64,000 nt of DNA from Ascidiella aspersa (lineage: Eukaryota), in the NCBI GenBank assembly GCA_963924565.1, contig OZ004607.1, positions 39,308,001 to 39,372,000 on the forward strand. Reading direction: 5' to 3'. The notes beneath the pieces were generated by a model, which saw nothing but the letters and a program-made list of their open reading frames with translations, was not told the origin of the DNA and ran no database searches. Positions 49,570-64,000 of the stretch are shown here, one piece after another. Within the stretch, counting starts at the first letter, position 1. Every line of letters starts with the position of its first letter. Position numbers and translations under genes: made by a program.

Positions 49570-52500
49570 ATGGAAAACGACGAGCAGTATGTGCGGCAGT
49601 TAGAAGAGATTTTCAACCAATTTTGCGACAGCGAAAATGCCGGTTTGAACAAGGAGCAACTGACTGCGCTTTGTAAAAGGTGTTTTTTCGGTCAAATTGG
49701 ACCTTTTTTAAACTATTCTTGCATATTTAAGAAATTTTTTTTCCTAAATTTGCTTATTCATATTATTTTCATCGATTTCTTACAATATTCCCACATTTAT
49801 TAAATAAATTGTCTCTTATTTTAATGTATTGCAATGATAACATGTATTTGCAAATATATAAAATATTGTATTTTCAATTAAATGTTAAAAAAGTGTATGA
49901 TCTGAAGTTTCACAAAACCCGAATATTTATTTTTGTCCAAATATATGTCGTGCCTTAAGTCTGCATTTCACACCGAGATGTTTGGTGTGCAGCGCCAAAT
50001 TTTGCACACCTTAGGTTGAAAATCCTACCACAATTTAGATTTTTTTCAAATTTAAGTGTGCAATATACAAACTCAAGTGTGCACACAAATTTTTCTGCAA
50101 AAATATTGGGTGTACACCTGCCATAGAATGCAGACTGGCATTGATGTATGAAACTTCCTAAAGAACCGAATTATCATTTATAGATTATCGCTTGACGAAG
50201 AATCTGCAAATAGAATCTTTTCCTTGGCCTTTCCTGATAAAATCCTTTTCTCCAATCATGTGATAGAATTTGATCAGTTCTGTGAATGTTTTGTTGCTAT
50301 TTTATCGGAAATCAATCAATCTCCACAAAGTACCACAGAATCAGGGACTGATCAAGAACCTGATAAAGAAGGTGTGTTACTGTTAGCTGCATGTTCTTTT
50401 TAGGCTTAATTAAAATGACTTTTTTGTATTGTTATAGTCTAATGTTATTCAATCAAGTTTTTTAACTTGTGAACAACTCTTTAATCCAAATATAAACAAC
50501 ATTGAAAAATACTAAACCAGAATACTAAAGTACTAGCAAATTAACCAAATTATAAACTTAACAAAATTGGTATTAACAGCAACAAAATAAAATATTTAAC
50601 AAAATATAAAGCAAAAATCTTACCAATATGCTCACAGTATTTGTAACCTAAATACAACTAACTTTTAATGTGGACTTCTAGCATCATTCGCAAAAGTAGT
50701 TTGAACAACAATATAAACCAGTGTTTCTTAATCAGGTGAACCCGAGGGTGAATAAAAGTTTTGCAGGGGTGAACCAACCAAAAGGGGTGAATAAGGGTGA
50801 ACGTCTAAAATGGATGATACCCCTCAAACAGGGTGGATATTTTAATTCATTTTGTGCTGTTAGTTTTATCATGTCATGAGACAAGGGTGAATGAAATCTA
50901 TAGATAGATGCCAGGGGTTAACAAAACACAAGAAGTTTAAGAAGGACTGATATAAACTATAATACTAACCATATTTTAAAAAGCAGATAAAATAATTTGT
51001 TTCCAGATGATGTGACACCTCGCCTTGTTCGTGGAGGTCGGCGCTATGGCAGAAAAACTGCTCCAAACGTCATTGAAGATGAGAATGATGACAAGAACGG
51101 GTCTCCGGTGTGCAATGAAGATGACCCTAAAAACGACAACTGGTAGGATTATTTTATAAAAAAAAAATATTTTTATAAATAGTTCTTACAATTTGTAAAA
51201 TTTTTTTTTTAAGATTAGTAGCTGTTAAATTCAATTAAGCAGAAACATGTGAAACTGTTAACTTACTACAGTGAAACTTTTTTTTCTTGTGGCTTCCTCC
51301 AGAAAATATAAACAGTTCTCAGCTAAGTGGATTAATGTGATGTCACAATAAATAAATTTCACAGCACAAAAAGACTGTGTACAAGGTTAAATAATAATCC
51401 TTCTAGACTGGTTATACTCTAATCGCACACCAAAAGTTCTTATAGTTTGATATGTCTCTGACAAAACAGATATCTATAATTTCTGCTTTTAAATTTACTT
51501 TTTCAACAGGCAAAACTTTGTTAAACCATCGCAGAATTGAATTGTTTTTTTAGGTTAGGTCAGAATGTGTCATCAACTGAAATTGAAGATATTGCTGATT
51601 ATTCAAACAAGCTTTATTACGAACCTGGTTTCGGTGATATTGTTGCCGATGTGAATGCAAGTTACATTGAGGAAATAACTCCTGTCGCTGAAACATCTGT
51701 GGAACAGTCACTACTTGGAAAAAATGAATGCAGTATCATTGCAATGTCTACAGAAGATATGGTAACAACAAATTTAAAAAAATAAACATCAATTTTGTTT
51801 GTTTTAATTATATTCAATTACTTTATGTATGTTTATTGTGTCTCAAACAAAAAGGGCATTTCCCAAAAAAGGAAGTTTACTGTTTTTTTATTTAAAATCT
51901 GTTTTTTTTACCTGAGCATAAAATCTAAATTAGACAAGTACATATATCTATCTATCCCATATTATTGAATTCCTTTAAATTTTAAAACTATACAGAGTTC
52001 TAACTTATGTTTGCTAAAGCCTTGTGCCATGTTAACTCTTTGAATTAACATATATTTAACTGTTATATGCCAATATTAGTAATTAATAACAGTTTTTTTA
52101 ACAGAGCAAAAATGTACTGTTTTTTAATTTTAATTCTGTTTTGTTTTTACCTGATCATAAAAAGTAGATTAAACAAGTACATATTTGCTAGATTTTGCTT
52201 TTAAAATTTTAAAGGGTTCTACGTTAGTGTTTGCATACAGCATTTGGACGTTTTAAGCTTGAATTAACACATTTTTTACTCCTATCTGCATATTTTTTTA
52301 AAAACAGTCACAAAATATTTTCTATTATAGGGAGCAGGTTCTAACCATGGCAATCCAAACCGATTCCATGAAAGTGGAGTCACCAACCTTTTTGCGAACC
52401 TTGATGTTGAAGGGAGTGGCATTGTTGATGTGGAGGCAGTAGTGGCTTCATGGAGATTGTACGGCGTTGAAGATCCGCTGGAAATTCTCCAGGTAAGAAG

Positions 52501-55500
52501 CTCTATTAAGTTGCAATGCAGTGGTTCTTAACCAGGGTGCTATTTTTCATGCCTAATGAAGTTTAGAGGCATTTCAGTTCATTTTTAGTTTAACATTTGC
52601 TATAAATTGCCTACTTTTTGTATGATAAGTGTAAGAAATCAAGTTATTTGTTTCTACATTGTGCACAGTAGGTGTGTGATGTTTTAATTTCATTTATTGT
52701 GACAATACGTAAACGACTTGGCAAAAGAAGTAGGGATGCCCTGACTAATTGTATTTCATACAGCATGCCATGGGCAGAAGGTTCAAATATAAGCAATTAA
52801 AAACTACTGGTGTGGCGCCTAGCATTCAATTATAAAGTAACAACAAAATAAATCTTGTACAGCGAAAATGAGTATAAGAAGTGTTTAGGATCTTAAATTT
52901 TGTTGTCTTGCATCCATAGATTTTGCTGGGTTAGAAATATATTTTTTGTTCCGCAAGTTAATGCCTTAAATTAAGGTATCTGGGTGTTGGCTGAAGATGC
53001 CTTAATTAACCTCATGGATTATTGTTGTAGTATAGTATAAATTATTTATTTGCTATTGCTATTCAACAAGCATGGCATATAGTTAGCTTAAAAGCAATTT
53101 GATACAAGTTATTAAAGACACAGTTAATTCAAGTCAGCCTTGTGTGACTAACTATCTTCTTATTCCAAGTCTTAGTTCTTTACCACAACTGCCATATAAA
53201 TATTGACTCTCCTTATATTCACTTGAATTAAGTCTTTGTAAATGAGTTTGCTAAAGATAAATATTTGTACTGTTCTGTTGGAATAGCAATTATATTTTCA
53301 TCCCAAGATTGAAAGCACTATTATAACGTGTTTTAAGGGTTCTTTAAAGTGGTAAAAAAGTTGGGATACAACACCTTTTGTTTAAGGAAACACAACCTAT
53401 TGTTTTACAAATATACAAAAGCTGTAATGCTACCTCCATTCAAAATAGTTACTGTGATGCTCTTAGTCTGTGCTGTGTATTAAGAAAGCCTTTACATTAA
53501 AATACGACAATCATATATGTGAGTTGATCAATAATATCTGCCGTTGTTTTTCTTTCACAGGTGTATCGCAATCTATAATTTTTTGCCGACATTTTACTAC
53601 AAAAATGTAATATAGTTTTTAGAAATTTTTTTTTTGCCTAAAAAATGTTTTTGTTCAGCATCATGCCAAATAAACATGAATGAATGTAGGTACATAAACC
53701 GAAAAGTTATTTGAATCTTTTTAATTATTTCAATTTTGACTATATTCTAGCCTAGGTGTAAAAAAATTTGATATTAGTTATCGGGCATCGTGGGGAAGAA
53801 ACAATAAAAATTGGGTAACGGTATTGTTCAAAAAAGTGAAATATTTCAATCTTTTGTGGTAAAAATGTCTCTATACAGAAACAAACTTATTATAAGATAA
53901 CATTGATGTCTGAATTTATTTAAATCGGTGCTTATGCAAACATCTAAAATCGGTGCTTATGCAAACATCGAGTGTAAACAAGCTTTCAAATGTAATACCA
54001 TCACTAAAACCTAACAGGAATGACATGCTCCAGCTAACATAATTTATTACTCAACATATTTCATAGGCCACTTTAAAACTTTCTCACAAATCCTAATCGG
54101 TAAAAACAACTAAATTTTTTCTGACTGACTTCTCTTTCCTGTAAACTTCCAAATATAAAAAAAACATACATTTTAGGTCTTCCAATTTTTGTTTTATCTA
54201 TTTTGGAGAGCTACATATAAATACATTAACCCCTTAAATATTTATTCACAATTTAAAAAATTCGAACTTTTACCTTGTACTCAAAAAAAAAAAAAGCGCA
54301 TTCTATCAATTGCTAACTAACGTTTCAGTTGTATTTCGCTAGCATATGAACCCTATATGATTTTCACAGGCTCTTCAATTTCCTCTCGGTGACGGACAGA
54401 TCGATGGTTACGATTTGTCCTCGGCGCTAGAACGTGAAGTGGTTTTATCCTCAGGTCCCAATCCACAAGTGATGGGACACTCGAAACTCCAGATTGGGAT
54501 GAACAGAGCACTCTTAGCAAGTTACAGCGCATATATTCAACATGTCAAGTAGGTCTATTGATTTTGTTCTTGAAGTTATGGTATGTCGGATAGGACTGTT
54601 TTACGGTTCCATGGTGAAAAACTTTTTGAAGCTATGTCTGTTATTTTGGAGCATAATAATAACTCGAATAGATCTTAAATGAAACGTTTTGAATGAATCT
54701 TAAGAAAATGGCTGGAGGTTTTAGTTAGACGTAGAGTGAATATCACAGCCCATACAGAAGTAAGTAGAATTTTGTGAACAATTTAACTAGAAAGAAAGTT
54801 TCTAGAAAGGGATTGTATTTTGTAACTGTAAAAATAATCTTAACTTTAAAAAACATTAAATTTATTGACTGTAAAAAAATTAACTAGTTTTCTTGGAAAA
54901 TGTGTTTCATAATTAATAACAAAAAAAAGTTTGGCTAATTTTATTAACCGTAATAAATCTTAATTTAAAATTTTATGTTAATTTTTTGTTACTTACAGCT
55001 CAGAAACAGATCAGTACAAAAACCTGACCGAAAAAATGCGCGACGACCTCGAAAAATCCGAGTTGCGAGCGTCAAAACTTATCGAAGAAGTTGACGATCG
55101 CTATCTAAGCATGGATCAACAGAACGAACACAACCAGAGCATCGTGGAGCGAAAATGGGCGAAGAAACTCACATCAGTTCATCATATGCACGACCAGGAG
55201 CGCGACTCACTCGTAACACAGTTCAACCAAGACAGGGAGGTTTACAAACAAGAAATTGGTAAGAAAAGGGTAAAAATGTGACTTTTTGGTGATAAAAGCA
55301 AGTTGTTTGATAAGCACAATTATATTTGCAAGTGGAATATGTTATTATAAAAAAATAGAACGTTGTGTTGTTTTAGAAGGCACAACTAATATTATTGGCA
55401 GGTTTTTGTTCAATTTAGTTTGTGGCAATATTTCACAGATTATTTTATACACATTTATCAAATTAATAAGAATTTTTGAAATAATGCAATGTGGTTAATA

Positions 55501-58500
55501 TGTGCAGCAATATTTTTTTAGCCCTTTCAAATCAAACTACACACAAGTTTTCTTTTTTTAAAGCAAATCAACAAGGGTATTATGGCAGTATGATCTTTAT
55601 GCTCTTTAGAATTCAAAATTTCTAATCTATTTTTTCCAGAATCGTTAAGAAGCAATGACAAACTCCTCCAGAAACGAATTAAAATGCTCAAGTCAGAAAA
55701 CGATTCGATTTCCCGTGAGTCTTCACAATTCTGTCAGAAACTCATCGAAGCTGAAAAAGACGCAGAACGACTTAGAAGAGATCTTGAGTGTCTCCTCAAT
55801 GAAAAGGTAACAAAAAAAACAAGTTAATTAAAGTTTAGCACTTTTAAAGAATCTATTAATGAGATAATCTTGCCTGGAATCAAGTCCTACAAACAAATTG
55901 GATCAAAATTTTTTGTTTTACATAAAACGGTAATCAAAATAATTTAAAATAAATAAAAAATTAAGTGCAGCACTTCATAAACATAATTTTACGACCTTGA
56001 ATAATCAAAATTAATAAAAATACTAGAAAATGGTTATTTGTACTTTATAGGCTTATAAGTCAACGAATTTATTCATAAGCAAATTTAAAAATGATAAAAA
56101 TAGTAAAATTTTGAATTCTACAATATTTTTTTACCTTAATTAAATCTATATTTTTCAGTCGTCTGGTCAGTCTGACCCCTACAACACTTCACAAGAAGAA
56201 AAATTTGCCATCATTATAAAAGAATATGAAGCCCAGTGTAGGGTAAGTGGAGTGTTTGCTACACCTTGTCAGATTAAAGTCCTTATGGAGGACAGCTATA
56301 GCTTACAAATAGCAATTACTGGGCAATTATTTTGGCCTGAAATCGCTTGTTGAGATTATAACTGGTACCTTTTACAAAACAAACTAAATACCACATTTAC
56401 TTACATCATGTTACATTTGCTTCATTTTTCTCCTGCTAGCTGTTCTTAAGCTTTTTTATGCGAAGTCCCAATTTTTTTTGCGTGGGTCAGGGTCGGCATG
56501 AAATTATTCAAAGTGAAGCCATAAAGTTAAAAAACAAGTAGGCTTAAGAAACCTTCTGTTTTTGGTCAAAGAAATATGATACTAAAATAATTTTTTTATT
56601 TTTGAGAAGGCGACAAAGCGTTTTTTATATAGAATTCTATATATTTTAGTAATTTGTATACATTTTCAGTTAATGCTTTGTAAGATTTTAACTAGGCCTT
56701 TATGGAACCCCTACAACTAGTCCAGGGACAGCAGTTTAAGAATCCCTGTGTCAGATGATTTATCAGGTATAGCTTTGTAAATAAGTTGACAGTTTTTCAA
56801 TTTCATTTTAATACCTAAGTATTTAAAACATTTTAGAAACACATCCGTACTATTTCTGTTTTTAATTGGATATTGTTTTGTTTACAATCAAACTTTTTTT
56901 TTTAATCAAACTTTTTTTTCGATTAGATATTGTTTTGTTTTTACAAGCCAGCTTAGTGTGAAATACTGTGTTATCACAGACAACGTTCCACAATTTAAAA
57001 ATGAATGATATTAAACAGGGAAGATTATGTTAGCACTTGTTGAATGGAGCAACGACAGATCTTTTTATTGTTGTTCTGTTGATTTAGCGGATGCTTTAAC
57101 TCCCAGCTTTGGCAAGATTGTAGCAACCGCGCTTTATATCTGATTCTTGTTTATGGAGTCGTGGTTTAAACATTAACGTTTCCGCTGTTTGGCAAATATT
57201 GGAAATTTTAGTGATCAATTTGTACTTGTCCTGAAAGGCACAGTTATATCTGGAGTTTTTAGAAAGTGAAATTAAAAGTTAAAATTGCTTGGATATCAAT
57301 TAAAGTATTAAGTAAATTGACTTTTTTTCTGAGTATGGATTCTAGTATAAAGTGTTTGTACATTTATTTTATTTTTTTTATATTAATTTGTTTAGGGCAA
57401 GACATTTTGCCATAAAAATGGAAAAGCCAAGCAACTCGTTAGTTCTGTAGCAGACTTTTGCAAAGTAAAAAGTTTAAGTTACCAGGACTGAAACAATTTT
57501 CATTTTAAGTTGTTTAGAATACTAGTCTGAGTAAGAGATAAAAAGTGAAATGAAAAGTTTTCTATTTTTTATTATATAATTCATATCACATTGAATTATA
57601 GAGATGAAAAGTTGAATAGCTACAAGAATATTTACCAGCCAGTTGGTAAACAGGTGATTTTATCGACAACATTTTATTTCCTTTTTTTCTCAAATGAATT
57701 ACAAACGTTAGCAATATAAAAAATACTATTAAATAATACATAAATATAAAACTTACACAACTACAAAGCTAGATGTTAACAACATAAAGCAACTTTAGGA
57801 ATAAATGACAAACATTTGTTCCGCTGTAGGCTACTGTTTCTTGCGACCCAAAACTGTGTCGCCGTTTAATTTGGTTGGGTCGCTGACCGAAGTAGTTTTG
57901 TATTGTTAGATTTGTTAAGATTCATTCTGGGCAATTTTCTCCAATATTTGTAAAGCAACGTGAAGATATGGGTCATTTTCATCGACTTGAATTAAATATT
58001 AATGCTATAGTATTATTGGTTCACTTTATGCTTACAAAATGTTCAGTGAAGAGAATTGGGTTGCTAAAGCTTATACTGACTTACTCTTGGTTTTCTCAGT
58101 TATCTTTGCTTTTGGTTTTTGGGTTGTCACGAAAAGAGGTTGTGAAGAACTGCTTTTGGCCAAAGTAAACAATTAGAAGCAGACTTTTATTAGGCAATTA
58201 GAAGACAACTTAAAGTAAATCTTTAGTTTTAATTAATACAAATTTGTTGTGTTTTGCAGCATTTGGCCGATAAAAACGACGAACTTGTTCTCGAACTTGA
58301 ATCTGTTCACGGGAGACTTAAGTTACTTGAATCCCATGATCGTCATCATGGCATGAGTGAAAGTTCGTTTCACGATGAAAAGTTGAAAGAAGGTTCATCG
58401 CCCAAGAGAAAGAAACCTCAACGTCGCAATTCCAATATGTCCGACGTAGAGCACACAAGTCATAACTTCAGTGAAATTGATAATGGTGAGAAATAACAAG

Positions 58501-61500
58501 TAGATATCGTTTTATTTTGGTTAAAGTCAATTAGGAAATAATTTTTTTCAGAATTGCTGGAAACCTTTGATATTGAGTAGATTTATAATAATGTGAAGTG
58601 TATTTTCTAAAGATTAAGCATGCTGTTATTTTTTGTTAAACATTTAAAATCAAACTTTAAACATATTCAAAGGAAGTTGTGTACAGAAATTGTAGACTAA
58701 TCAAAAACACTCATAACTTTTTTAATTTTTTTGTAGTTTAGGCAACTATCTTTTATTTTCAAATTCTCAGATAATACAGTATATTTGCATATAATAAAAA
58801 TTTGCTTACACAATGATATCGAGACTAAGCCTACCTAAAAAAAAGTGCAAAAACCTTATGTACATCACAAATACTGGAATATTTTAGCAAAAAATTTTTT
58901 AGTTTTTTTTAATTAAATCAAAAGTCACGACAGAAAGGCATTAGATGTTATTTGTTGCAGATCACGTATTTGAGAAGCATGATACGCGCGGGTTCGCGAT
59001 GCAGGAATCTGCAGAAACCAACATGAGGATGCAAGAGTTGGAAAGATTAGTGGAAGACCTACGTGAAGACAAGAGGAGATATATGGAGGATATAGCAAAG
59101 GAAAAGGTAATATTTTGTAAGATTACAGAACGTTTAAATTAATTATTTGTCTATTTGTTCACCTTACAACATATTTGTGGCTCTGTTGTTTTAATTGTAC
59201 TCTTTATCTTTTTTGGGTTAAATTTAATTTATAAATTGTTTTCTTCCTAATTTGAAAAGTGTTTTTTTTTTGATAAATCGTCTCAGTTAAGTTATAAGTA
59301 TATGATTTTCTCTTTTAGTTTGTTTTTTGTTACACTTGTGATTTCTTAATGTGTGCCACTTTTTTTATATGGTAGAAATTGCAAAGAAAAAGGTAATATC
59401 TTACGCATTAAACTTACCTCTTTATTTATTTACTAATTCACTTTACATTAAATAGTCGTCCCCTTTTTAATGTGCTCTTTTTTTGTATTTTTATAGTGCT
59501 TTTGATCATTTAGTTTGTTCATTTTTTATTTAGAAAGTATTTTATTCTCTTATTTTACAATTGTTTTTTTTGTTTTTTTGTTCTATTTGAATCCTTTGAA
59601 TTATAAGTTATTTTAAACTTTATACATTAATTTTCTTATAGTTCAATTTAGGTAATTTCTTTTATATTTTATGATTCTTTTCACCTCTCTTTGTTTATTC
59701 TGATTACTTGTTTTGCAACTTTTTGAAAGTTATTTTAATCTGTTTGTTTTTTAATGGCAGCTCAATATGTTTATCCTATCTTTTTTTGCTGCCAATTTTA
59801 TCTTTCCAATTGTTACATCATAGATGACGCTTCAGTCGAAGATGGAAAAGGAATTGCAGAATCGACTCGAAAGTGAAAAGTCAAAGCTCCGTCGTTCTGA
59901 TGACAACCGAGCCGTGGAGGAGCAGCAGACCATGACCATAAAGTTACTCAAGCAAATCACACAAGAAAAGGACGAGGTAAAAAAATTGATGCAAAAAAAA
60001 AAAATGTAAAAGTTTATCAAATTTACTTCCTTTAATTTTAATTTTATTTTAACAGAATGTTTATTATTTTTTTGACTGATTAATTAGGCTAAAGTGTTAG
60101 TTGTGGCACCTCACAATTCCTAAATATTTTAGAAAATCCTTGAAAGTCAAATTGCATCTGTACCAAAAATGCAACACATATTGCTTAAAGGTATAATATA
60201 TGTGTTTGTATTGCTAATTGGATGGTAAACAAAACTCCTGAACACATAATACGCCAAAATTTACATTTATATTTTTAATGATATTAAAATTTTAATACTT
60301 CTGTTGCTAAATAGTTTAAATTAAGGATTTATTAGGTTAACTGGGTAAAATTTATTTTTGCCTTTCTGGGTTATTATAATTTTGCTGCTTTATTCTTGTG
60401 TATTAAAGTACTACTCCTTAAATTGTTGTCAAGCACTCTCACAATTAACAAGGCTGTAAACAATAAACTTCTTAATGTAAAGTGGCCTACCACTTGTAAC
60501 AGGAAATCTTGATCAAGGATGGCTAAATATTTTGCCAACACCAACTTACCAGGGGCGCATCTAGGATTTTTGTGGGGGGGTCATGAAAAAAAACTCTCAC
60601 TAAATTACGTCAAAATTTTACGTCACCAATTACGTCACAAATTTCTGATAAAGTATTTTTATATTAAAACGATAAAAACGCCTGCGTGCAGCGTGGAAAA
60701 ATGCCTTTCTATAGTTTAGAGTTTCCCAAACGTTGATTTTAGATTTAGTGTGTGATGAGGTCACGGCGCCTTCTGTATAAACTGATTTCTACAAACAATA
60801 AAACGGCCAAGACAGTGTTTATTAATCTATGGGTCGCGAGCCGAAATTGTGTCACCAATTGATTTGGTTGAGTCGCCGACTGCAGTAGTTAGCATGGGTG
60901 AGATTGGTTCTAAGCAATATTGCTCCAAAATTTGAAAAACATATTTAACATGAATTAAATTCGCACTTATGGAAGTGATTTCGTAAGGTTTGTTAACTTA
61001 CATAAGTTCAGTCAAGAGAAATTGGGTCACCAAAGCTTTGCTGTTATGATTGTTATGTTCAGTATTCAGGTCGCCGCGAAAAAAGGTTGAGAAACACTAG
61101 GGTAAGACATAATTGTAATTTTCATAATTTAGATTAGCACAAGGCGCAAAATATTTTTGCATTTACGTAGTTAAAATAGGCAAAAAATATAGTTTTTTCG
61201 GGGGGGCATGTGCCCCCTGGACCCGCCACTGTCACTCACCCTTGCATTCTTGTCTCAAACAGCTTGAATCGAAATACTTGAGTCTTAAGACCGCGCAAGA
61301 GAGCCAGGCATCGATCGGCCAGCAGGGAATGACTGATCTTTGCAGGGAATTCGCGCAAGAAAAAGCAGAGCTCGTCGCCTCACACCAAAAGCAGGTGATT
61401 GTGGGTTTAGAATCTTTTTAAGGCTTGTCTCTTTGCTTTCGTCATTGTAGTTACAAGAAGCAAGAAGGATATATATTATGAGATTAAAGTAACTTGCTGT

Positions 61501-63309
61501 GTGTGCCATTAAGGCCATTATTTTGATTTTTTTTTTTGTTTTAATAATTACAATGCTATTACAGGTATTTTTTTAGACTAGTTGTTTTAGCTTACGTTCG
61601 TGATCGATCTTGAATTTATAATATATATAAATATATATATTATATAAATAAAGCAATCCCGTCGTTGTGTTATGTTACAGCTTAAAAAATACACGACTTG
61701 ATTTACTGTTAAAATATGTTTGCACATTAAATAATAGCTGTTATTAGGGCTTTTAAGGTTTGGCTTACCGCAACTCTTCCATCTAATTTAACTGTTAATT
61801 ATTCGATGTTGTTACAGAAGTGGGCTATATTTTAAAATACCGATTCTGTACCTCACACCATCGTTAAACAAACATAGGCTGATCTTACTTATTGCTTTAA
61901 AAACTAACCTATTATGTTAAAGAACGTCCACGAAATTTATCTTGATACAATAACAGTATGTTGCTGTTTTTCTGACCAACTTGTTGTTCATGGTGCCACT
62001 TGTGTGACAGCCTTGTAATAAATGTAATAAGGTAATTTCACCTGCTCTTTATCTTACGCATTGCTGTGTATTTTAAAAGCAAGTGTGTTTTAAAAGTTAA
62101 TAAAATAATAATCCTGATCCTGTTCTAACATTGTTAGTTATTGATCTTTTATGCATATCGAAAAATCCAAAAAAACACAAAGGGAAAAAACATCTAAAAC
62201 AACCGTTTTAGTAACCTTGCTTATTTTGGGATATTTTTAATATTTTGTAGCTGTCCACAAATCTAAACTTTTTGGTTTTCTCGGTTCAGATCGAAGATTT
62301 GACCTCTAAAGTTGACCTTGCCGAGCGTCGTTGTTCGGATGAGAGCAAGGCGAGCGAAAGGTTGGCCGAACAACTCAAGTCCGAGCGATTACGTCACAAT
62401 GATGCATTGTCCGCTCACCAAGAGGTCATCTCCAAGTTCGAGAGGTCAGTTTAAAAACACCAGCGACGTGTATCTGATATGCAGTTAAATTATATCTGTC
62501 CTGGTAAAAAAATGTTGAAAATTGTGTTTGGTTTAAACAGCCCTTCCCAACATTTTTTAGTAGGCGACCCACTTTTAATGCGAGTTTTTTTATGCGACAC
62601 ACAATGAGATATGATCAATTGAATGAAAACAAATTAATGAGAAAAAACAGTGCATACAGGTACACATGTAATTTACTAATAACGCGAAACTTGAGCTTGC
62701 ATATTGAATATTATCAAATCAAGCGTAAATGTTGCGTAATGATAATGCAATAATTTTCTAATCTAATAGAAAGCTGTAGCATTTAAAAATGCTTCGCGAC
62801 CCACTGGTTGGAAAGCACTGGTTTAAATGATGCACTCGATTGTTGTTTGTCTCATTATAAACGGTCATTATTACGTTTCTATAACTTACACAAGCCAACC
62901 TAGATTTACTTCCATTGGTTCTGGTTGTATTTGTGCTCCAACTTTAATTTGATTTAATATAAATTTCCGAAATGTGTCTTTCAACAACAATAATTGTTAC
63001 GTCGTTATTACTTACGCAGACCAAAAAAAATATTCGAGTTACCAAGTATAAAATATTTTTTGTTGTATTTGTTCAAATGATGCACCGTTGTTGTTAATAA
63101 ATTTGTCTCTTCACAAACGATGATTATGACGTCACAGGAGCGCTGCCCCACAGCAGGACGATGCATCGGTGAGTGAGCGAGTGAAGCAAGTCAGTGCAAA
63201 GTACGAAGAGGATTTGAACCGACAGAAGCAAGCTCACACACAACAACTTAAGCTGGTTAAAGATGAAATGCAGCAGAAACTTGATCAACTGCTGAGCGAG
63301 AAACACCAG
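49570..63309 (+). CDS. NINL: Ninein / ninein-like centrosomal EF-hand + coiled-coil protein (partial, continues past window)
   Basis: Phase-consistent GT-AG exons: 49570-49679, 50184-50371, 51007-51142, 51554-51761, 52331-52492, 54370-54548, 54999-55258, 55640-55806, 56159-56242, 58260-58485, 58961-59106, 59824-59976, 61263-61394, 62290-62444, 63138-63309. Ninein-family motifs: YVRQLEEIF...LNKEQLTALC, EFDQFCECFVAILS, PRLVRGGRRYGRK, EILQALQF, QEEKFAIIIKEYEAQCRHLADKNDEL, then coiled coil. NIN vs NINL cannot be resolved; it may be a co-ortholog. Confidence 0.88.
49958..50138. mobile_element. MITE, TIR AGTCTGCATT; second copy at ~37450-37674
   Basis: AGTCTGCATTTC ... GAATGCAGACT; shares the internal CCTACC(A/G)CAATTTAGATTTTT..AAATTTAAGTG with 37560-37600. 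Confidence 0.7.
50719..50949. mobile_element. hAT MITE
   Basis: Termini CAGTGTTTCTTAA / TTAAGAAGGACTG; perfect TSD ATATAAAC; internal GGGTGAA repeats. Confidence 0.85.
54644..54780 (-). repeat. Family B repeat in ninein intron
   Basis: Begins TTTTGGAGCATAAT like the 32175 copy; contains GGCTGGAGGTT..AGACGTAG..GCCCATACAGAAGT. Confidence 0.6.
60550..61231. mobile_element. CAGGGGCG-terminated MITE with a nested hAT MITE (60813-61099)
   Basis: Outer termini CAGGGGCGCATCTAGG / CCTGGACCCGCCACTG. Inner element CAGTGTTTATTAA...GTTGAGAAACACTA with TSD GGCCAAGA/GGGTAAGA. Related inner-family copies at ~6051-6343, ~20900-21180 and ~57835-58150. Confidence 0.75.
62538..62820. mobile_element. hAT MITE
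   Basis: CAGCCCTTCCCAAC ... GTTGGAAAGCACTG, internal GCGACCCAC repeats, flanked by GTTTAAA. Confidence 0.7.
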
Positions 63310-64000
63310 GTTAGGAACACTTCTGAATATGTAGATTTGCCTAGGGACACTTCTGGATATTTTTACTATTTAAAACAGGAAACTCTGGGTATTTATATTT
63401 ATTACTTGACAAATGGCGTATGGGTTTTAACATTTCCAGGAGTGTTACTGTATCGACAGTTGGTGCAATATATAGGTAAGGCCAAGCGCCGTTTAATTAC
63501 TGCTTTTAAATGACTGACTACAACGTTTTTGGCAAAGTCTCTTTGCTGTACGAAGTCTTCGTGATAATTTAGACTCCATGTAAACCTTCAGTTATTTAGG
63601 AAAGTAAATTTTGTTAAAATTAAATATACCTAATTTGTGTATTTATTCCAACTTAAAAGCGTAGCAGTTTGCTTTCTAATTGTTTTGGTGATTGTCACGT
63701 AAAATAATGCTGATTTGCTCAATATGGATTTCGACCTTCAGTGTTTATTAGTTTATAGTTTAATGCTAACGACTTGACTTGAGAATCAACTTAGACTTCA
63801 CTTAGATTTGACCCCCAAACAAATTAACCTTGTCTTGAAAAGCATTACCCTTGTTTACTGTTTCTTTGAACACTTGAATCAAAATTTTAATTCATTTAGT
63901 TGTTTTATAACTTGTTGATTCATGATTCATTGCTTTACAAAAAAAAGAAATTTAAATGCCAGTATACCAAAAACTAAAAACTTAATATCTTATTACATTT

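Overview
AT-rich, intron-rich animal genomic DNA. It is probably an invertebrate chordate such as an ascidian (inference from protein similarity, short introns, splice acceptors just upstream of the start codons and recurrent TGACGTCA motifs). Four protein genes were reconstructed by hand: (1) an ERF/ETV3-subfamily ETS repressor on the minus strand, with 8 coding exons from 7845 down to ~600 and probably continuing past the left edge; (2) a 57-aa STMP1/C7orf73-like mitochondrial micropeptide (40244-40417, minus) that the ORF track missed; (3) a completely intronless POLR2B/RPB2 (42392-45916, minus); (4) a divergently transcribed ninein/ninein-like gene with at least 15 exons, from 49570 past the right edge. 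A ~32 kb gene desert upstream of ERF holds many GC-richer enhancer-like islands, including an overlapping NF-kB/STAT/AP-1 cluster, and an orphan chitin-binding (CBM14) fragment. Mobile DNA includes many hAT-type MITEs with 8-bp TSDs, GG-terminated palindromic MITEs and a Helentron/HINE-like element. The most notable signal is two dispersed families of short non-coding repeats that carry minimal type-I hammerhead ribozyme motifs, one with the canonical CUGAWGA core and one with the compensatory U3-A8 UUGAAAA core. They occur as inverted and tandem units like Penelope-like-element pseudo-LTRs. All similarity calls are from memory of the protein families; no database search was run.
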